A DNA stretch of 64,000 nt from an uncultured Ectothiorhodospiraceae bacterium (GTDB lineage Bacteria > Pseudomonadota > Gammaproteobacteria > CAMYNG01). A model generated the notes under the pieces. The model was not told the origin of the DNA, did not search any database, and worked only from the letters and a program-made list of their open reading frames with translations. Where the stretch lies: assembly GCA_947259765.1 (NCBI GenBank), contig CAMYNG010000006.1, positions 2,880-66,879 of the forward strand. The letters are read 5' to 3'. This document shows, piece by piece, positions 58,402 to 64,000 of this stretch. A program made the translations under genes and the position numbers. Numbering within the stretch: position 1 is the stretch's first letter; each line of letters begins with the position of its first letter.

Positions 58402-58881
58402 ATGAGAAGTACAACTCCAATCCCCAAACGAGCTTACTCTGGCTTCACGTTGGTCGAACTCATTGCCGTAATCATCGTTTTGGGTATTCTGGCCGCCACC
58501 ATTACGCCGCGTTTGACACAACGGGGTGGCTTCGATGAGCGCGTTTTTCTCGATGAACTAATCAGCACCGCACGCTATGCGCAGCAACAGGCCATGATGC
58601 GTGGTAATAATTTTGTGGTACGGATGATCATCGACAACGCCGCGGGTAGTTACGGAATTGAGGTCGACGACGGTGGCGGTTTTCAGTGGATCAACCATGC
58701 CAACACCCGCGCCTTTCCGATCAACTTCCCAGGCGGAGTCGCTACCGCGCCCGGCTCGGTTGCCGTAACCTACAACGCGCTCGGTCATGTGACCACCAAC
58801 TCCGCGACCGCTGTGACGGTTAATGGTGCGCAAAACTTTTGCATTCAGGCTACCGGCTATGCACATCGTGGCGGTTGTTAG
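58402..58881 (+). CDS. mshC: MSHA minor pilin
   Basis: SGFTLVELI, ARYAQQQAM; operon position. Confidence 0.82.
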   Translation: MRSTTPIPKRAYSGFTLVELIAVIIVLGILAATITPRLTQRGGFDERVFLDELISTARYAQQQAMMRGNNFVVRMIIDNAAGSYGIEVDDGGGFQWINHANTRAFPINFPGGVATAPGSVAVTYNALGHVTTNSATAVTVNGAQNFCIQATGYAHRGGC

Positions 58882-58897
58882 TACAGGGGCGCAGCGC

Positions 58898-59428
58898 ATG
58901 TATGGCAAACAACGACGGGGTAACTCCGGTTTCACGCTGATAGAAATCATTGTGTTGATCGTGTTTGTTTCCATCGCCATGGTCGGTGTGCTCGCCGCCT
59001 ATCAACACGCCATGACTACTGCGGCGGACCCGCTGCACAATACCCGTGCCTTGAAATTGGCCCAGGCGATGATGGAAGAGATCATTGCCAAACGCTTTGA
59101 TGAATTCTCCACGCAGGGTGGGGTGCCGCCGTGTACTCCCGCAGGTCCGCCAGCCTGTTCAGCTGGTCTAGGCCCGGACGTGGGTGAAACCTTTCGCCGG
59201 CAATTTGATGATGTTGACGACTTTAACGGCCTGAACCTATTTCCACCAAAAGATATAAACGATAGCGATCTAACCGGATACGCAGGTTACCGCCTTCAAG
59301 TCGCGGTAAGTAACGCGGGTACCGAGTTGGTCGGCCTCAATGCCGCCGACGCCAAACGCATCGACGTCACCGTCACCACGCCACGGGGCTATGACTTTGT
59401 TTTTAGCGCCTATCGGGTGAACTTCTGA
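58898..59428 (+). CDS. mshD: MSHA minor pilin
   Basis: SGFTLIEII, MEEIIAKRFDE, FDDVDDFNG, FSAYRVNF. Confidence 0.88.
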   Translation: MYGKQRRGNSGFTLIEIIVLIVFVSIAMVGVLAAYQHAMTTAADPLHNTRALKLAQAMMEEIIAKRFDEFSTQGGVPPCTPAGPPACSAGLGPDVGETFRRQFDDVDDFNGLNLFPPKDINDSDLTGYAGYRLQVAVSNAGTELVGLNAADAKRIDVTVTTPRGYDFVFSAYRVNF

Positions 59429-60306
59429 TGTGGCGCCATTCCAGTCAATCCGGCTTTACCCTGATCGAATTGATCGTCGTGATCGTGTTGCTCGGCGTGA
59501 TTGCCGCCATGACCACACGCTTTTTTGGCGACACCGTGCAAGGTTATGTCGATACCTCGCTTCGCGACAGCCTGACCCGCACCGGCCGCGTGGCGATTGA
59601 ACGCGTGAATCGAGAATTGCGTAACGCCGTACCCAATACCATCCGCGTCAGCGGTGCGTGTATCGAGTACCTGCCTATGTTGGCCTCGGCCAGCTATCAG
59701 GACCAGGCGATCACCTATGTGGCCACCGGCACCAACTCGGCGCCGCTGCCGGTGAACGGCATGTCTGCTCCGAGCAATCTACTGGATGTGTTTAATCTGA
59801 ATTTCACACCGGCAGCCGGAAGTTTCGTTATTGTTTATCCGTATGGTCCCGGCGGCAACGCCGGTGACCCCTATCGGGCACAGAACCCGGGACCGTTAGC
59901 CTCCTTTGCCAGCTTTAACACCGCCACCGCCTTACCGGCCGGTGTGCGCCGTATACAAACTACCGCGGCGCACCGTTTTTTACGCCAGTCGCCACAACGT
60001 CGTCTGTTTATCGCCGGCAGTCCGGTAAGTTTCTGCATTAGTGGCACACGCTTGATTCGCTATAGCGGCTACCTGATGACAGCCGCCCAACCGAGCCCTC
60101 CCGCCGGAGGCGGCCAAACACTGGCGGAGTACATTCAGAACGTCGACCCGATTATTCCGTTCGTAGCACCATTCACATACACCGGCAGTACGTTAGTGCG
60201 CAACGCGGTGGTCAATCTGGATTTCCGTTTCATGCGCACCGACCACCTGGGTAACGACAACTGGGTTCGTCTTTATCACGAGGTACAGATCCGAAATGTC
60301 CCTTAA
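59428..60306 (+). CDS. mshO: MSHA minor pilin
   Basis: SGFTLIELI, ERVNRELRNAVPN.IR, HEVQIRNVP C-terminus. Confidence 0.9.
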   Translation: MWRHSSQSGFTLIELIVVIVLLGVIAAMTTRFFGDTVQGYVDTSLRDSLTRTGRVAIERVNRELRNAVPNTIRVSGACIEYLPMLASASYQDQAITYVATGTNSAPLPVNGMSAPSNLLDVFNLNFTPAAGSFVIVYPYGPGGNAGDPYRAQNPGPLASFASFNTATALPAGVRRIQTTAAHRFLRQSPQRRLFIAGSPVSFCISGTRLIRYSGYLMTAAQPSPPAGGGQTLAEYIQNVDPIIPFVAPFTYTGSTLVRNAVVNLDFRFMRTDHLGNDNWVRLYHEVQIRNVP

Positions 60307-60727
60307 GGCACGAAACACACGGAGCATGCGGTCTTTGCACCGTCAGGCGGGATTAAGCCTGCCGGCCGTGATCGTTATTGTTGTGATCCTTGGCATTGTT
60401 GGCGCAGGTCTGGTCAACCTCACGGCAACGTCCAATGTCGCTGTGGGTAACGAAGTACTGTCTATCCGCGCATTCATGGCCGCGGAATCGGGTGCACAAA
60501 ATGGCATGGCACGTCTGTTTCCACTGGGTGGTGGTGCCGCGCAATGCAATACGTTGAACGTTAATTTTAACAACGCAGGACTGATAGGCTGTTCTGCCAG
60601 CATAACCTGCACCGGGCCCGTGAGTATCGGCGGTCATGATATGTACACGCTGACCAGCACCGGCCAGTGCGGCAGCGGCGAATCGGTGGCCTCGCGCACG
60701 CTGCGCGTCGGTGCAAGGACATTGTAG
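60296..60727 (+). CDS. mshP: MSHA biogenesis protein (PilX-like)
   Basis: QAGLSL, RAFMAAESG, STGQCG; operon position. Confidence 0.85.
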   Translation: MSLKARNTRSMRSLHRQAGLSLPAVIVIVVILGIVGAGLVNLTATSNVAVGNEVLSIRAFMAAESGAQNGMARLFPLGGGAAQCNTLNVNFNNAGLIGCSASITCTGPVSIGGHDMYTLTSTGQCGSGESVASRTLRVGARTL

Positions 60728-60740
60728 TGGCGCTGTGAAA

Positions 60741-63700
60741 ATGATGCGCTGCAATGTAACCAAAGAGCCGACGCCGTTGTGTGTACAAGGTTCTCGCCAG
60801 CTCGGTAACGGGTTGTTGATCGTATTGTTGCTTGCTGTGGGCGTGTTGTTGAGTACACCCGCCTGGTCGGCCACCTACGCGACGGCGGCGGAACCGTTCG
60901 CTTGGATCGATCCCGCCACGCACACCAATGTCGCCTGGCTTAATGGCTCCGGCTGTAGTGGCGGGTCGGCGGCAGTCGATGATGATCACAGTGCGGAACT
61001 ACCATTGGGTTTCACATTTAATTTTGGCGGCGTGGATTACACCACGGTACGCGTGCAGTCCAACGGCCGGTTGCAGTTCAATAACAGCTTCTGCGGTTTC
61101 GGCTCCGCCAACAGTGGCACGCCACGCCGCTTTACTTATCCCATGCCCGACACGCGACTGGTGCGCACGCTGCGCTTGTATGGCGCCGATCTGGATCCGA
61201 GTGCTGGTGGCACGGTCCGGTATGCGGCGCTCGGTAGTGCGCCCAACCGTATGTTCGTGGTGACGTTTTCAAATGTACCGGTATGGAACAGCGCCAGCAG
61301 TTTTTACAACATGCAGGCCATTTTGCATGAGAACGGCGAGTTTGTTTATCAGATAGGGGTGAGTAATAACGCCGATCAGGGTCATGCGCAAATCGGCTGG
61401 GAAATCGACACGGATGATTATGAGTTAGTTCCCTATACCAACATCGGCGCATTGGCCAATACCGCGGTTCGGTTTGCCGCACACGTTCCGGCCCCGCTGG
61501 CCTATTACAGCATGGACCAGTTGCAATGGAACGGCACGCCCGGTGAGATCATCGATAACAGTGGCAATGGTAACAACGGTGATCAGGTCGGCAACGCACA
61601 GACGGTTGATCCCGGCTATGTGTGTCGCGGTGGCCGCATACCCGGCAACAATGATGCGATAGACACCAACGTTAATGTCAACAGCGGAATTGGTAGTCGC
61701 GGTACGATTACCTTCTGGTACAACAACGACAGCAACTGGAATTCGTCCAACAAAATGCTGGCCGACGCTTCAGCCAATCTCGGTAACGGTAATGCCGACA
61801 AATATTTCTTTTTGGTTAAGCGCACCAATGGACGCTTGCGGTTTCGCCTGGAGGACAGCAACGACACTGATCTGCAGGTAGAAACCGGCAACAACAACCT
61901 TGCCGCCGGCACCTGGCACCATATCGCCATCACCTGGGACATCAACGAAGATGCGGACTGGATGCAGATCTATGTTGACGGTAACCGACAGGCCACCAAT
62001 CGCGGCAATCGTACCTCGGCGCTCAATATCACCGGGCTACTAGGAAATCTTAATAGTCTGTATCTGGGCGATAACCGCGAAAACGGACTTGGCGGTAACG
62101 GCTATTCCAATAATTCGGCCCGCGGCACACTCGATGAATCGCGCCTTTACACCGATGTTCTGTCTGCCAACCAAATTGCGGTCGACATGGCGCAAACCCA
62201 TGCCTGTCTGCTCGGCGCCTGGTACATGGATGAAGCTTCGTGGAATGGCACCGCCGATGAGGTACAGGACTTTTCCGGCGACGGCAACGACGGTACCGGC
62301 ATGAATGGCGTTGCAACCCTCGGTGGCAACCAGGCCATTCCCGGCAGCCCCGGTACCTGTCGTTTCGGTTCTTTTGACGGTGTTGATGACTACATCGCCT
62401 TACCCGGCTTTCCCGACGTCACCAATAGTTTCACGATTACGGCGTGGATCAATCCGAACGTCATCAACAAGGACCAACGCATTTTTGTCGATGACGAAAC
62501 CAACACCGGCGGCTATGCATTCAGTCTCGGCGACGGGGGTGACGGTCGGTTACGCTTTTTCTCGCGCGGTGTGAGTCCAATCAGCCTTGACAGTCCGGCG
62601 GTGATCACCGCCGGGACCTGGTACCACGTCGCGGCCGTGCATGACGTATCGGCAAAAACGCGGCAGTTGTTTGTCAACGGTGTACCGGTTACCGCAGTGC
62701 AGACCTATAGCGGCAACTGGGGAACCGATCCCGGCACCGCCAGTATCGGTGGCGAAACCAACGGCGCGGGTTCGGAAAACAATCCCAACTGGCGTTTTGA
62801 CGGCTTCATTGATGAGGGTCGGTTTTACGCACAAGCCTTGTCGGCGGCGGATATTGCCAACGTCATGAATGAAACCCGGATTTGTTCCTCGCAATTGGAT
62901 CACTTCGATATTGCGCACAACGTTGATGCGTTAACCTGTGAACCGACGTCCATTGTCATTAGCGCGCGCGATGCTTCAAACAATGTGTTGACCAATTTTG
63001 CCGAGCTGGTGAATCTCAGCACTTCCACCAGTAACGGCGACTGGCAATTCACGGGCGTGGCCGGTGACGCCTTTGGCATTCTGTCACCCGGCGCGGCCGA
63101 CAGCGGCCAGGCCAGTTATCAGTTTATCGATGACGGCGATGATATCAATGACGATAACGGCGTTGTCGTACTGGATTTAAAGAACACGCATGCCGAGGCG
63201 CTTACGATCACGGTAGAAGCGCCCAGCATTCCAATCGCTTCAACCAGCGCTGCGTTAACATTTCGACCCTTCGGTTTTCGAACCACGCCGGATCCCCTCG
63301 GTACGCAAGTCTCTGGCAAACCGTTCAGCTTTACCCTGACGGCCGTCGGTCAGCTACCGACCGATCCAGGGTGTAGTGTTATTCAGGAATATGACGGTGG
63401 TCAGCAAGTTGAGCTGTGGAGCGACTATGTCGATCCCGCAGACAATCCTTTTGGCACGTTGGTGGATCTGAACGTTCTTGCGGGCACCTTTAGTTTGTCA
63501 ACTCTCGAAGCCACGCCCACGTCGGTCAACGTTAACTTCACACAAGGCGTTTCCGAAACCTTGACGGCGAACTACAATGATGCCGGCAGTATTCGCATTA
63601 ACGCTAAGGACGAGGTCGAAATCGGCGCGCCGCCTGCGGGCACCGGTAGCGAGATAGTGGTTGGTGGAAGCTCGTTTGTCGTTCGACCCTTCGGTTTCGC

Positions 63701-64000
63701 ACTGTCCGGCATTGGCGTGTCAGAAACGGGCGGGGCACCTGACGCCAACGGGCCGGTATTCCGACGTGCCGGCCAGGCCTTTAACGTCGGTATTGCCGCC
63801 GTGAGATGGCAAACGGCCGATGACAACGGCAGCAATGGCGGAATTGCCAATGATGGCGTACCTGACCCACGTGCGGATCTTAGTGACAATGCGGTTACGC
63901 AAAATTTTGGCCGTGAGGCTGGCACTCCTCTTGTTGATATCACGCATACGTTAGTCGCACCGACACCTGGAAACAGTGGCGTCTTAACAGGTGGCAACAA
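60741..64000 (+). CDS. mshQ: Large exported MSHA tip adhesin with LamG domains, 3' truncated by the window edge
   Basis: Frame read by eye from ATG 60741 and open where spot-checked; signal peptide ending PAWSA; PLGFTFNFGG; two LamG motifs (WHHIAITWD, WYHVAAVHD); RPFGF motifs; probably absent from the ORF track because no stop occurs in the window. Confidence 0.85.
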   Translation, partial: MMRCNVTKEPTPLCVQGSRQLGNGLLIVLLLAVGVLLSTPAWSATYATAAEPFAWIDPATHTNVAWLNGSGCSGGSAAVDDDHSAELPLGFTFNFGGVDYTTVRVQSNGRLQFNNSFCGFGSANSGTPRRFTYPMPDTRLVRTLRLYGADLDPSAGGTVRYAALGSAPNRMFVVTFSNVPVWNSASSFYNMQAILHENGEFVYQIGVSNNADQGHAQIGWEIDTDDYELVPYTNIGALANTAVRFAAHVPAPLAYYSMDQLQWNGTPGEIIDNSGNGNNGDQVGNAQTVDPGYVCRGGRIPGNNDAIDTNVNVNSGIGSRGTITFWYNNDSNWNSSNKMLADASANLGNGNADKYFFLVKRTNGRLRFRLEDSNDTDLQVETGNNNLAAGTWHHIAITWDINEDADWMQIYVDGNRQATNRGNRTSALNITGLLGNLNSLYLGDNRENGLGGNGYSNNSARGTLDESRLYTDVLSANQIAVDMAQTHACLLGAWYMDEASWNGTADEVQDFSGDGNDGTGMNGVATLGGNQAIPGSPGTCRFGSFDGVDDYIALPGFPDVTNSFTITAWINPNVINKDQRIFVDDETNTGGYAFSLGDGGDGRLRFFSRGVSPISLDSPAVITAGTWYHVAAVHDVSAKTRQLFVNGVPVTAVQTYSGNWGTDPGTASIGGETNGAGSENNPNWRFDGFIDEGRFYAQALSAADIANVMNETRICSSQLDHFDIAHNVDALTCEPTSIVISARDASNNVLTNFAELVNLSTSTSNGDWQFTGVAGDAFGILSPGAADSGQASYQFIDDGDDINDDNGVVVLDLKNTHAEALTITVEAPSIPIASTSAALTFRPFGFRTTPDPLGTQVSGKPFSFTLTAVGQLPTDPGCSVIQEYDGGQQVELWSDYVDPADNPFGTLVDLNVLAGTFSLSTLEATPTSVNVNFTQGVSETLTANYNDAGSIRINAKDEVEIGAPPAGTGSEIVVGGSSFVVRPFGFALSGIGVSETGGAPDANGPVFRRAGQAFNVGIAAVRWQTADDNGSNGGIANDGVPDPRADLSDNAVTQNFGREAGTPLVDITHTLVAPTPGNSGVLTGGN

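Overview
This is a 64 kb chromosomal segment of a gammaproteobacterium, probably a chemolithoautotrophic sulfur oxidiser (inferred from PPi-type phosphofructokinase, a CbbQ/CbbO-type pair, and DsrE/rhodanese genes). The housekeeping backbone is aroE, hemB, hslVU, ubiE/ubiJ/ubiB, pfp, trhP, ctpA-envC-gpmI, arsR-rhodanese-grxC-secB-gpsA, trmL, pyrD and an MSHA type IV pilus operon that runs off the right edge. The best candidate for a new system is a three-gene insert between gpsA and trmL (47098-50213). It encodes a small protein, an ulilysin-like M43 metalloprotease fused to 35 tandem P-K-[DE]-x tetrapeptides followed by a PFVLATP motif, and an MvdC/MvdD-type ATP-grasp ligase. This looks like a protease-fused, Lys/Asp/Glu-only graspetide or isopeptide-stapling system. 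Other highlights: (1) a one-component transmembrane ECF sigma factor (sigma, HxxxCxxC zinc finger, TM helix, six repeats) with an ECF-type promoter upstream of its operon; (2) an exactly 48-nt element that inserts at GC^AGG without target duplication and nests inside itself and inside REP-like palindromes; (3) a probable solitary integron cassette inside the MSHA operon; (4) an unannotated CsrA paralog. No rRNA, tRNA, CRISPR array or transposase was seen. All calls come from reading motifs by eye; no database search was run.
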